Made by a program: the position numbers and the translations under genes. The notes beneath the pieces were generated by a model that was not told where the DNA came from, ran no database searches, and saw nothing but the letters and a program-made list of their open reading frames with translations. A DNA stretch of 64,000 bases from NCBI GenBank assembly GCA_026023565.1, contig JAPETS010000021.1, forward strand, positions 372,001-436,000, given 5' to 3'. The number at the start of each line of letters is the position of its first letter. The first letter of the stretch is position 1. Of the stretch, positions 50,559 through 63,303 are shown piece by piece. Origin of the DNA: Cirrosporium novae-zelandiae. Lineage: Eukaryota.

Positions 50559-51507
50559 TTACAACGCAGCAACAACAACCCCCAAAGCTCCAAGCAGAGA
50601 CCCCCACCCAGCAACAACAAGAGTGTTCGCCGCACTGGTACCTGTAGAGCTAGAACTGGCAGCCGTTCCGCTAGCAGCAGAAGTAGAAGAGGAACCGGAG
50701 GAGCTGGAGCCATTCGCGTTGACAACAGCGCCCGAGATGGGAGTTGCGGTCACACCAGTGTTGTTTTTGCAAGAGGTATAGGTGGCGGCGGAGGCGGTTG
50801 CGGTTGTGAAGGTTAGATCGGCACACTGGGAGGAGAGGTTAAGTTATTATTGGGATATGTGAGAATGAAAATGTCTCTTATAGGCTAGCAGCACGTGTGT
50901 GAAATGAAGTATTTTGATGAGTCTGGGTTACAGGTGATGGACTAATTAATGTCCTGCATGAACATATCCTTAATGCCATCACGGAAGCAAGTTCCCAATC
51001 TCCAGGAGGTATTACTCATTTGATTTGAATAGCTCAGTTGCTGGGAGGGAATAACGAGAGTAGAGAGAGAATCATTAAACGTACATTATAAAGCCCACCA
51101 TTTGGATCCCCGTTAGTAATAACCTGCAACGTCGCATTCGTCCCATCCGTGATATTCAGGCTGCTCGGGATTTCAATATCTTTCATACAAAAAGCACCCA
51201 AGCCCTCTTCCTCGAATGTCTTTACTAAATTAATATTGAATCTCGATGCTGCTACGGCATTATTGCCCAATGCCAGGTTGACTTGCACCTCAGCCTCATC
51301 ATGGCCCATGGTCAGCTGAATGGGGAAGCTGGCAGAGCCGGAGGATGTGAGAGCGATGAGGGTGCGGTTGCTGGAAGGGGTGTTTTGGCTGCCACAGGGA
51401 CCGTTCACGAGTAAATCTTCATCAAAGCCGCGAGAGGTGGGGAAATCGAGTTTAAAGTGGGCAGAAGCGAGGAAAGGAAAGAGTAGGAGGGTTAGTGAGG
51501 ACAACAT
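50559..51507 (-). CDS. GPI-anchored copper-acquisition protein, BIM1/X325 (LPMO-like) family
   Basis: Signal peptide ending ASA followed by His1 (HFKLDFPTSRGFDED..GPCG); MGHD; GLGAFC; NATLQVITNGDPNGGLYNCADLTF across an intron; Ser/Thr stalk and hydrophobic GPI signal. Confidence 0.8.
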
Positions 51508-51698
51508 GGTTGCGATGTATAGAACTTGTTTTTTGATGGTATAGAGTAGAGATTTGGGTTTTAGAGTGGAGATGGCCTGGTAGTCAATGAAGGTTCAATT
51601 CAACATCAAAGGGTAAGTTATAGAAGGAAAACAGAAAGGAAAGAGGTTGACATGAAGATTTTTATGTTGGCATCAACCCCAATTGGCCCCAATTAGAA

Positions 51699-51816
51699 TG
51701 AGCAAGTTATTTAGCTTAAGGGCTTTTAATTAAAAGACGAGTATAAGGTAAGCATTAGATATGTATTATCAGATCCAACAGGAGGGGTATCCATAAGAGA
51801 AAGGAAAACTTGCTCA
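51699..51816. promoter_or_regulatory. Two CuRE/Mac1-like motifs (AACTTGCTCA) upstream of the BIM1-like gene
   Basis: TGAGCAAGTT at 51699-51708 and AACTTGCTCA at 51807-51816. Confidence 0.55.
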
Positions 51817-52312
51817 AAACGCCAAGTGGATTTATTATTCAATCTAGATGCATAACCCCAGTCTGATGGTTTTTCTATCATGTATTGACTTGTTTAGTAA
51901 ATCTGAGGTTTGAATTTAAGTCCAGTCCAAGGTTTCCCGACTAGCCTAGTCCGATCCAACTAGTGATGTTTTGACTCTTTGCTTATGTCAAAACCCGCTC
52001 ACGTTATCTACTATCATTGGCTCCCCCAAACCACCACACATCCTTCTTTTGACCTAAACTAACCTCCACCTTTCTATCGTGCTACCTAGTGCTACCCCAT
52101 CTGATCGCATTAAGATAACCCACTTCATAAAAGTTCGGTTCATGTGCAATAATAGATATAGATATATCAATATTATAAGACGTCTCTTACTTCATTATGC
52201 ATAGCATACATGCAACTCGGCACAATCGTATACATCATATCAAGCCCACTACTATTCTAAACTACTTGACTCCATTCCGTTAGGCCTCCCTAATATGCTC
52301 TATGGAACTTAT

Positions 52313-52968
52313 TCAGTGCTCCTCTCCCTGAATATACCGTCCGACTATTAGCTCTCCTAGGAATGTTCCCCCCAGTATAGATAGGAAATAGCCCACGTTC
52401 ATAGTCATGACGGCCAACATCCTAACACCACACATTAGTCCACACATCAATCAGGTCATTAAGAATAAAGAGCAACGCACAGTAGATAGCCCACACCTAC
52501 TATCACCACCACCAAACAGGCACGAGGAAGATCAACACTCAATCTCCATGGCCTTATCGGCCTCGAACTGTTTTTCACCACTCTGACATTTTCTGCAACC
52601 CCATTCGTAGAAAGCAGCAGTCCCTCCTTTGAATCCTGCCGATCTTGGAATCTTTCTGCGTCTGGCGTTTGCCCAGCCACTGTAATATATCTTCGTTGTA
52701 CGTCTCGATCATGCCATCGTTTTTCAACGACAGCTTTGAAACTTATCAAGGATCTGTAGATTAAGGCAAGAGCAATGAGGAAAATACAAGTCCCAGCATA
52801 TGCCCCAGTGCTTTGTGGTACCCAGTCAGAAGAGAAGAGTGTGCTTGATTGAGAATTGGTAAAGGCCATAGTCATTCCGGACATTGATCCGCCGGTGGAA
52901 GCCATGGTCATTGAAGAGGTGGTGGATGAGCCCATATCCATATCCATCTCCATGTGGTTGTGCGTCAT
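52313..52968 (-). CDS. Ctr-family copper transporter
   Basis: His/Met-rich N-terminus (MTHNHMEMDMDMG, MSGMTMAF), LFSSDWVP, YAGTCIFLI, spliced GYLLMLAVMTMNVGYF (MxxxM) and GTFLG. Confidence 0.92.
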
Positions 52969-53419
52969 GGTTCGGACGAAGAGGTGATGATGTGTCCTAT
53001 AGCCCTGACTTGATGATACGTAGAGGTGGTTAGGTGGTAAAACCACTACTTGGTAGATAAATCCGGAGTCGGTGGGAGAAATTTTCCAAGAGGGGAGATT
53101 GTATTTTTTGAATATTCCGTGAGGTACAACTCAAGTGCAGACAGAAGAAACAATAAGAACAATAAAGTTCGAATATCAATGGAACAATAGAAGCGAGGAA
53201 TCATGGAAAAAGGATGACTATGAATTTATGATTTATGAGAGTAAGCACCTTGGTGGATCTAGATATTAGGGAGTAAGTAATAGTGAACAAGGTAACTAAC
53301 TACCTAGGTAGACAGTATGTTTTACAGGAAAGATAGTAATTAACTAGTGAGCACTCCTCTGACGACTGTACTTGCCTGTACTGACTATGGTGGTTGTAAT
53401 CCTTGTTCTTTGTTGAGAA

Positions 53420-53452
53420 AACATGCTCAATCCGCCACACATTGAGCAAGTT
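53420..53452. promoter_or_regulatory. Inverted pair of CuRE/Mac1-like motifs in the CTR-FRE bidirectional promoter
   Basis: AACATGCTCA (53420-53429) and TGAGCAAGTT (53443-53452); an extra TGAGCAC at 53348. Confidence 0.6.
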
Positions 53453-53876
53453 TAGATAGTATGCTATTCGCTTAGTTATATTTAGTCTTTTAGTCAACAC
53501 CTTCCTTTCCATTTTTGTCCTACCACCCGTTGCTAGACCATGACAGCCATGATCGGTCCAATGTTACAAACTTATTCTTCGAGTACCATGACCTATCCCA
53601 CTATTCCTATTTATCATTACAAAAATTCCGATATCAAGAATGGAAACCCTTTTCACCAGACCATTGGCACTTTTTCTGCCCGCAATCCTGTTCATGTATC
53701 AATCCACTTTCCCTTGACTGAGCCTTATCGCTATTGTTTTTTTTTTTAAATTTCTCTATACTCTCCACTCTTCCAGATATTAGATATTGCTTACGGAAAG
53801 GATAGCTTATGTGGACTCCACCTACCCCACTCACTAACTGATCATCCTTGACATCACACTCTCCCCTCTCTCCAAG

Positions 53877-56327
53877 ATGAATATGTTAATGGACGATGAT
53901 GACTATACTGTGTACCTTCAACGGATGTTTTGGGTTGTGATTGGAGCTGTCATCGCATTTGCTGCTGCCATCAATATCCTTAACAAAATCATCTTTGTTC
54001 AAAGGTAAGCAAAGTATTTCATACTTTGATGCTTTTATAAAATTAATACCTGTTATCACTGTATATGGCTGTTCCGGGAGGATAGATCCTTAGCGAAGGA
54101 GGTGAGGATAACCTAAAATATTCCGGGTTATAATCTCGTTGGAGAGAAATCTTATGAAAGGGAATTCTAGAATATTATATCTCTTTTGTTTTTCTATATA
54201 ATAACTATCCATATGTAGTTATGGTACTCCATTCACGGATACAATATGCTGACTCGATGAAGGATATACCAAGCAAAAACCAATAAAGAACCTCCGGCCA
54301 GGCCCAAATCTCTGCTTTTCTCTACAATTGCGACAGCAACTGCGGTCTTGCGAGAAATAGCTAATGTCTCCTTTGCTGGGATCTTGTTTGGAAAATGGAC
54401 ATTCCGTTCTTTATCCCTAGGCAGAGTCAGTTTGATCTTGTCGAACTTAGTAATAGTCCTGGTTTTCTGTTTTTGGAAGCTCAATACCAAAGACCAATGG
54501 CAGTGGGAAGATGTAGGCTATCAAACCGGTCACATAGCCCTAGTCCAACTACCTCTTATTTTTCTCCTTTCTGGCAAGAGGAATATCATTGGGTTTCTTG
54601 TAGGATCTAGTTATGAGAGACTCAACTATCTGCACCGCTGGCTTTCAAGGATCCTATTCTTGACAGTCACGATCCATATGGGGTTCTGGTTCCGGGATTG
54701 GGACAGATATGATTACATCAAGGTCAAATTGACAACTGATGCCATCACCAAACGCGGATTTGCAGCTTGGTGCATTTTGATTTGGATTACCTTTAGCTCC
54801 TTTGCTCCAATCCGGCGTTGGAATTACGAATTTTTTGTAATCCAGCATCTTGCAACTTTCATTGGCTTTTTGGTCGCCGTTTATCTTCACATTCCTAGTG
54901 ATCATAAACTGTGGGTGTGGATACCCCTCGGGTTGTATATATTTGATCGCTGTGTGCGAACGCTCTTTGCTTTCTGGACTAATTTCATCGTTCCAAACAT
55001 TCTCCAACGCGGAAGTAGAAACGCACGTCCAACCTGGGGATGCAAAGCGAGCTTGACTCCTCTATGCAATGATACTACTCGAATCACCGTTCTCGATCCC
55101 CCTATTGGGTGGAAGCCTGGTCAGCATGTCTTCCTTTCATGTCATTCGATCCTTCCGTTGCAAAGCCATCCTTTCACCATCGCATCTATTCCAGCAGATG
55201 GCAAGATGGAATTTCTTGTTCGGGCTCACGGTGGCGGCACAAAACGTCTATTCAACCGTGCATTGAACCGGACCAGCCTTCCAAGTACTACCGAAGACCT
55301 CTATCCAACGACGAATGTGGCCCTTGAAGGTCCCTACGGCTGCATGCGTTCTCTGCACCAGTTCGATAGTGTAATATTCCTAGCAGGAAGTACTGGTGCG
55401 ACTTTCACCATGCCGTTGATGCGAGATATTGTTCAAGCTTGGAAAACAAAGTACGATTCCGAAAAGGACGGCCCTGCTAGTTTAAGGTCTCTTTTTACAT
55501 CAAGCTCAAAAAATGCCACGTGTACTCGTTACATTCGATTTGTTTGGGTTATTAAGACCCGAGCCCAGCTTGAATGGTTTGTAGATCAACTGACCGAAGT
55601 CATAAAAGTGGTCAAAGATGTATGGAGACCTCTTAAAACGGGCTACGACCCGAAGGTATCTATAGATATCAGCGTCTATATTACCTGCGATACCACATTC
55701 ACTTCAGAACTAAAACCAAAATCGAGCTCACCACTACATTACAGCCAAGTGCGTGAGGTTATCCCTCCCACCTCATCCTCAAGCACATCCTCCAAACCCA
55801 TCAATTACTCAGACGAGAAACACCAGCAACAACTAGAAAAACACGCGAACTTTCAGGATGACAAAATATACGACACAGGAACAATATCGATTGGTTCTGT
55901 CGCATCTGCCGCAGCCAACAACAACAACAGCCTAGGAAGACACGCCTGCGGTCCAGACGAAACCTGCTGCTGCACGACAACTATCTCCGACGACGATCAA
56001 ATATCCCCCGCTTCTCTGCGCGAGTGTCACTGCTCACCGTATACACCACCTTCACAACCTCCCCCAAAATACTCCAAGGAACAAGAACCAGAACCCGAAA
56101 CTCCCAAAATCTCCATCCCAATTCTAACGGGCCGGCCTGACATCACCTCTCTTATCTGTAAAACGCTTGAACAAGCATTGGGTGAGAGTGCTGTGGTCGC
56201 TTGTGGGCCTAGGGCATTAATTGATGATGCTAGGAATGCGTGCGTGGTGCTGAGTGATGAGAGGGCTGTGCATAAGGGGACGGGGGCGCAGGGAATTTGG
56301 TTTTGGGGGGAGGGGTTTGGGTATTGA
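53877..56327 (+). CDS. Ferric/cupric metalloreductase (FRE family)
   Basis: Heme His motifs LHRW..IHMG and IQH..LHIP, PGQH, HPFTIAS, EGPYG, AGSTG, FVWVIK and CGP. First exon 53877-54004 is spliced to 54263. Confidence 0.93.
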
Positions 56328-56843
56328 TGTCTTTCTTGTTGTGGTGTGGGGATTGGGATTGCATGAGTGGGGTACCGTTGGGGTAGGGAGAGTAGTCGGT
56401 TCGGCTTGTTTGGTGTTTGGGGGTGTACGAAGATGTAGTATAAATGTTTTCTTGGAGCCCTTTTCCTACTTGCTCCCTTGCTTGATTGCTGGCTTGGGGG
56501 GGAGGGCGTGAATATACACAAAAAAGATAAGTCAAAAGACTCGAGTAGTATAAATGAAAGAATGTAATAAATAACTAAAATGAAGTATTAAATTATAGCA
56601 AACATCTATCTTCGGCAATCAGCATTTTTCAATTTCCTATTTCGTTTTTAATTTTTTTTCTTCTCATTTGTATTCAATATTCTTCTGTCCTTTATTCTCC
56701 TTAAGTCCACCGACCCAACTCGACTCAACCTTATAGTAACTTTGTTGTATTTTTCCAGTCGCCTTTCCTTCTTCTTGCTCTTGCCTCCCTCCCCCCCTCT
56801 CGAGATGTCTCATTCCAGATATCGTACTTATGTTTTGAATTCC

Positions 56844-57506
56844 TCAATAAGTCCCAATAGTAGTTGTATCCTGTATCATCATTCCCCCGCCCCCGAGCGT
56901 AGTTATATCAATTCCATACCCCTCTACCACCTCCCTCATTTTCAACATCCATTTCCGCACAAGCGGATGGCGTTCCACATCCTCCAACCCCTGCTGCTCC
57001 TCCATCCCATCTACGCCTCCTCCATCACCCCCACCTTGCGACTGCATCCAAACCCACCTCCCCTCATCCGCAGCCCAAAACCTCTCTCCAAACAACACCT
57101 TCCCCCTCAACTCCTCCTCAGCACCCCTAACCAACCTCCCCATCTCTCTCACCTCCTTCTCCTCCTCCACTCTTGCCCCCACACCACTCAAATACTCCTT
57201 CCTCAACGCACCCAGAACCCCCCTTAGAACGCCTACGATGAAACCAACTCTCAACCCAATAGCCGCACCAAACGGAAACGCCTCGTCGAAACCGGGCTGT
57301 ACTGCTTTTGATTTCGCGAGTGCGGTGCCGTTGCGGTAGCCGCGGGTCGTATGAGTTTTTCGGAGGTGGCGGAGGGTGGGGGTGTTGGAAGATAGAGAAG
57401 CGGAGGAGGGGGTGGTGGTGGATGGTGGGGTGGAGCCGAAGATGTCATCGAAGAGACCTGAGGAGGGTGAGTCGGGGGGGGAAAGTGGGGGGTCTGGTGT
57501 TGGCAT
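56844..57506 (-). CDS. YAE1: Yae1-like protein (CIA pathway adaptor)
   Basis: LRKTHTTRGYRNGTALAKSKAVQPGFDEAFPFGAAIGLRVGFIVGVL (GxxxG repeat) and HPLVRKW. Confidence 0.75.
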   Translation of the reverse strand: MPTPDPPLSPPDSPSSGLFDDIFGSTPPSTTTPSSASLSSNTPTLRHLRKTHTTRGYRNGTALAKSKAVQPGFDEAFPFGAAIGLRVGFIVGVLRGVLGALRKEYLSGVGARVEEEKEVREMGRLVRGAEEELRGKVLFGERFWAADEGRWVWMQSQGGGDGGGVDGMEEQQGLEDVERHPLVRKWMLKMREVVEGYGIDITTLGGGGMMIQDTTTIGTY

Positions 57507-57902
57507 TTTCTTTTCTTTTCATTGATATTTTTAGGGTGGGATATAAAAGTTGTGTAGAGGAATTATAGAAAGGACTTTGTAAGAAAATGTAAATGATGTT
57601 GCTTAGGAGCTCGGAACTTATAAATTGATTAGGGTAGATCATGTCACGGGTATTAATGATATTGCACATAGAACTACAATAGTCTAGGTTCTTACTATGA
57701 TGTACGAATCCGTTTCTTAAACGATATTGCATTTGTGTAACTGTAATTATTACCGAACGTATACTTCCTCACCACATATCCAGAAACTTGAAGCATTCCA
57801 ATTATTTAATAAATCCGATTCCGACGACACCAGTCCTGCCTTTAATATCTATAATGTCCGGTTCTATTTGGCTATTATTTCCTTATCGTACATCCTAACC
57901 AT

Positions 57903-59941
57903 TTATCCTACTAGCCGCCAAGCCCGTAAAGGCAAACTCTGCAGTTTCAATACTGCAGGTCTGATATACATGTAGAAAGTGATCACTCCGAATATTATGC
58001 ATACAGCATTGGTAATTTGATAGCCGTCTTGAGAAATATCGCATGTCCCACCACCTTCAAGGCAGCGATGCTTCTCAGATTCCACAACACAAGAAAAGGG
58101 ACCAGTCAGAGGATCCGTTTTGAGATTCGAAGGAGAGGTAGTCGGAGGTGTGCAGGTAGCGACAGTAAAGAAATCAATAAGTTTGAGAACAAAGTATTTC
58201 GGGAAGGTGCCGCCGAGATTGGAGACACTGATAAAATGTTAGTACCAAATCTAGACTAGGAAGGCTTAGGAAGGACTTACGTCGCAAGCATGGTCATATA
58301 AGTTCCACCAATGACTGGATCTGCGACTCTTGCATGGAAGGCAGAGGAGGCAACGAACATGATGGTACTTGTAGATATAGAAAATATATGTTCGGCAATG
58401 ACCACAAGAACATACCATGTCGTAACTCCATCCTTGGGGAATATTATGACCACTAGCTGAGCAAAGGCCGCGGCTAAGAGCCGGCCAACAAATGACCAGC
58501 ACCAAAGACGCATCGGAGCATAACTCATGGACCATTTCCCTGCAAAGTACCCCAGGCCGATTTCAAATGGAAAATCAATCAATACCACCATCGCCATGTC
58601 CTCCTGGCTGAAGCCAAGGTCGAGTAGCTTTAAATTCGTTGCCGACTCATTGGCCTGGAATCCAATCTTGGCTATTAAATAGACAATAACAACAGTTTGG
58701 AAATTCTTGAGCTTCAAGATCCCTAACATACTCTTGTACACGTCCGCAATACCATCCCGCTCCTTTGTCCTCTCTTCTTTTTTCAGAATCGCCAATCCAA
58801 ATGTAATAAAGACATAAGCCCAACCCCAAAATGTAAGGTAACCGCCAAGAGTAAGTACTCCTTCATCACTCGGAACCGCTCGAAACCATCGATTGGCGAA
58901 GTCGGGGGAATTAAAGGCTAGAAAGACAGTATATGACAGAAAACTGCCAGCAGTGAGGCCGACAGATTGTGCGGTCGAAGCGTAACTTAGATTTGGCGCG
59001 GAGAGTAAAGTAAGGGCCCATCCATCAACCGCGATATCCTGAGTTGCGCATAAGAAAACGAGGAAGAACCACCACCACGTAAAAGGCCAGACGCCTGCGC
59101 CGCCGTTATCACCAACTAAGCTGATCATCCCATTTATTCTTCCCCCTAGGTAAATCATTCCGAACCCAGACAAGACCTGGATTGGCATAATCCAACTTTT
59201 CCGCCTACCTACTTTTGGACTCCATATTGCGTCCACGATGGGACTCCAGAGCAATTTTAACGAATAAGGATATGTCGCTAGTGAAAACACACCAATCTGT
59301 CCATATGACAGCTGTGACTTTAAAAGGAAAGGAACAGACCCATGGGCCAAACCCATAGGTATCCCTTGAAGAAAGTAAAGCATCACCAGTAGTAGAAAGT
59401 TTCTGCGATCTTGTCTAGGCAAGTCAAAGAAGCCATGGTTGGAGGGATCTGATGTCTGTGGAGTGGTATTTGGCTCTTCATCCAAAGTGAAACTGTCCCT
59501 GCTCATCAAGCGAGCTGTTTGTGCCTCAGAAGTTAATTCCATCGAAGGGTGCTTCCGTCGCAGACCTATATGAGAATCCATACTGCCGTTGGTGGAGGTG
59601 TCAGATTTTTCAGACAAACTCGACCTAGGACGGCCGAAGTTTTTTGCTTTGGATGAACGAGGGGCTCGCCGCATTTGATCACTGACTTGGGAAAGTGAAT
59701 TAGATTCGAGAGTGTGATGACGGGAATGAATGTGGGAGGATTCTGAAATTTCCTCGTGCATATATTGTTCGAAGTTTTCGTGGTTGGCTTGGTCCTGTAC
59801 AAGGGGTTCGAGCTCGATGTCTGTATTGGGCCGACTCCCAGTGGTTTGGTTCGAAAGATGATGTAAAGGTAACGATAAATCGGTTGAAGGAGAACGTGTA
59901 TGGTATGTTGAAGGAGGATTTTCAAGGAAAGGAGTGGCCAT
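57903..59941 (-). CDS. ER acetyl-CoA transporter (AT-1/SLC33A1 family, MFS)
   Basis: LYFLQGIPMGL, YPYSLKLLWSPIVDA, ATQDIAVDGWALTLL, DPVIGGTYMTMLATVSNLGGTFP and DGYQITN. Confidence 0.92.
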
Positions 59942-60414
59942 CCATATGTGGTGAGGGGGGTAACAGCAAAGTCCCCTCCCGAACTTGCTGCTACGCTGGC
60001 CTCAAGGCTTCCCTTAGTCAGGAAGGTTCAATCTTGATTGTTAGGAACTCGGACTTGACTACTGTAATTACAAATCAGTGTAAAATTCCAGGATAGGATA
60101 TAAGCAGGATAAAATAAATTTAGAATGTCATGTACCTTTCTTGAATATATCACGGTTCCATTGTTGAAAAGGTAAGGAAAAAGAAAATTGGGGTTCAAGG
60201 ATTACGATGCTAACAAAGGAAAGCAGTTCTTGTAAGCTTGATGCCTTATCTAGATCTCTTGCAGCCCCTGATGACGGATCACTGATGCGGCGGCAGTGGA
60301 TTCCTCTTTTTAAAGTTAAATTCATTTTACGTGTCTCACCCCGCAATGTAAACAAATCAATGAATTTCTATCATCTCATCATACATTAATATTCCATATC
60401 TACTATTTCCTGTC

Positions 60415-61407
60415 ATGTCTTCCATCATGGATTCTTCCGCTGTCATGGATGACACTCAATTAGCTGCCGACTCTATGGGTCTTGATACGCAACAAGAGCC
60501 AGGTTGGGATACCCAATTCGACGAGGAAATCCAGAGAATCAGATCGCAGAGTGTGTTACTTGTTTCTACCAATATCATTAATTGATGAGACTAACCATGT
60601 CTAGTCAAATCTCTCACCTCCCGTCGATCACTTCTAACATCTTCTATCCTATCCTCTCAACGAACTACTACCCTTCTATCACGTCGCATATCCCAACCGC
60701 ATCTTGCTGAGCATCCTTTCTTGGATCATGTAATCGATCTCTCCGCTGCGCAAATAAAGCATTCGACCCTCCAGCTCCACCGTCTATGTACCGGTTGTAC
60801 TACATTTCTCATCAAAGATCCTGATCCCAATGCTGTAGATTCAAACCGTGTCTTCGGTATTAGAATCGAGGTGCCTGTGGGCGACTCTTTTCTGCCTCCA
60901 TACTACATATTCCTAAATCGCCCGAGCACTGCATACAAGGGTTTACTCAAGATCCACCGACATACAATTCCCCCTGCCATTCCCCTAGCAATTATGGCAA
61001 AGAAATATCTCCCGTTCCCTGCAAGAGATACAATGCCAGAAAAAGCCAAGAAGCAGAATTTGGGTGGGTTAGTCAGGGAGGTCCGAAGAGAACTGGTGGG
61101 CTGGTGTTTGAGAAAACAAGCGGTGGAAAATTTAGACAAGAACCTAAGGGGAAAGCATACAGGAGGTGGTATTCTAAAGAATGTCAGTATCACAGACGCG
61201 GAAGCCACCTGCTTGCGGTTGGAATGGGAAGGGGGGAAGATGGCCAGGATCAAGTTATCAAAAAATGGTATCGTGAACAAGGCAGCTGTATTTGGATATG
61301 ATCAACTAAAACGGGATCATACATTGGAGAAGAATCTTGTCGATCGAGGCCTTTGTGTGAATGAACTTGTTAGGGTCTTGACAAGGGATATAGAGGGAAT
61401 ATCATAA
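60415..61407 (+). CDS. Kinetochore protein CENP-O (Mcm21/Mal2-like)
   Basis: HRLCTGCTTFLIKDPDP..VFGIRIEV..PYYIFL..LKIHRHTIPPAIPL..KKYLP, and LVREVRRELV; one intron at about 60551-60604. Confidence 0.8.
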
Positions 61408-61756
61408 ATTGACAGTTTCATGTGCATCTGGCGGACTTCTGTATTTTTATTATATACAACCTCAGTCCCTTGAGAGGCAGATCACTACAGTCATAGTGTC
61501 CACAGAGGTGTATGTGGGATTAATATAAGACACCCATCAAGGCAAAGGAAAGCACTCTTATCTGTGCTTATTCGTCCTTCAAACCACACCAGACACGCCT
61601 ATATCTGACCGCCCGCTTTTTCCTGCAGCTATCCAGTCAAAACGCCGGGCACATCCTATGCTCCGTTGACACAACAAACCCTTGGGTATCATAGCACTAG
61701 AAACAGCCAGTCTCATAACACATAAACGCCGTCACTGCCTTTTCGTCGCTATGAAA

Positions 61757-63303
61757 TCATTTTTCAGGGCTAAGGGGGGGTTGAACAAAATCAAGTTGTG
61801 GGAGTTTAGAAGATTCTTGGATAACGGTTGCCGGGTCCATCTTCTTTCGCAGTATAGCTTGTCGGACTATTGCTCGCTGCAGTATTCTCTCACGTTTCGC
61901 CGTAAAGAAACCCTGGAGCCCTTCATACTTCTTGCACAGTTCTGTTTTTAAGTTTGCACGCCGCATGTGGAAATATGTAAGGAGTTGCTCATGCTGCTGC
62001 TTTTGCCTAGTCTGGAGGTCTTTCTTTTCCAATATTTGTCTCTCGCGAAGTGAACTGATTTTTCCCTGCTGAGAAACCTCCATTGTATCACGAAAATGAT
62101 GCTGATTAGCCAATCTCTGCCAGTCAACTGAGGACGGAGACCTGGGAGGTTGATCAGGAAGCTGAGTTGGCGAGTGGCAATATCCTTCCATGTACCTAAT
62201 GCTTGCCCGACAAGCCTTTTTATCCCATTTTAGTTCCTCAACCAACTCTACTTCAGCATCATAATGGCGTTCTTCGAGTTTGCTAATAGCGGTCTCATTC
62301 TGTATTTTTATTAGCAATTATTGTGCGATGTCTATATACTACTCACTCGTTCAATTAACTCTTTCCTCTTTTTCTCTTCTTCTATACTCATTTTCAACAG
62401 GTCATGCTCATATTTCTTATCCAGTAATCTCCGGAACGAACATTCTAGCTTGTTGAGCTCTGTATGCTCTCGTTTGAGAACCACCTTCAACTCTATCATG
62501 GCCCGACTCTCTGGATCCCTTTGAGAAGTTACTGGATCATCACAACCAATAAATTCCTTTAGGAATAGGCTGCTCTCTTCATATTCCGAAGGTAGCGTGT
62601 CTGATTGTGGAGTGAAAGGAGTCGTAAGTGGTGTATGTGGTGATGTTGATCTGATAGAGGAGTCTGTATCCGCTTGAACCAAAAGTGGGCGAGAGTGGGT
62701 GAATGCCTTTTTCTTCCAGGGGCTGACCGTTTGTATAGGTGGGGCTGAAATGTCGACGGTCTCTTTCAATGAATTCAAAGATGAACCCAAGGAAGCAGGT
62801 AGCTTTCCCTTTCGAAAAGCAGAAAGCTTAGTACATTTCGCCCGTAACTTTGAAAGAGATGAGGTTGAAGAAGTAGTATAGACAGAAGATTTGGTTGGCG
62901 ATGACGGCTCGTAGGATAATGATAATGATGGCACACCATCCGACAGAACAGAAGAGAAGGGACCCGCAATAGTAGCAGCAAGCCCAGCGAGACGCATCTG
63001 AGCGATCGAAATTGACGGACCCTCTCGTCTGACCGGGTGAGTGGCAATTCCTTGACGAAGTCCAATATTTTCAGCCTGCATTACAAGTTCCTCATCTAGT
63101 TGGTCTTCGGTCATGCCGCTAGGAAGCCGGAGAACAACGGATCGATAGAACATATCATATGTAATGTTGCAACTGATATCGATAGTAGCTTCATTGTACG
63201 ACAGCTCATTATCAGTTGAAAAATATGTTTCTTCATTTGAAGGCGGCAAATCACAGTCATCCATGATAGGAAGTTGAGGAGACGAGGATCGATTAATATC
63301 CAT
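61757..63303 (-). CDS. Hypothetical protein: Ser/Thr-rich N-terminus, coiled-coil C-terminus; two exons
   Basis: Long ORFs 62332..63303 and 61757..62317 joined by a GTGAGT..CAG intron; LEERHYDAEVEL and IRYMEGYC. Confidence 0.65.

Noticed and set aside
56027..57568. Overlapping Pro/Gly-rich ORFs and strong C/G strand skew
   Set aside because: These are antisense or alternative-frame shadows of FRE and YAE1; there is no sign of a mobile element.
20273..61407. Two inner-kinetochore genes (CENP-T and CENP-O) in one window
   Set aside because: They are about 38 kb apart with many unrelated genes between, so probably coincidence.
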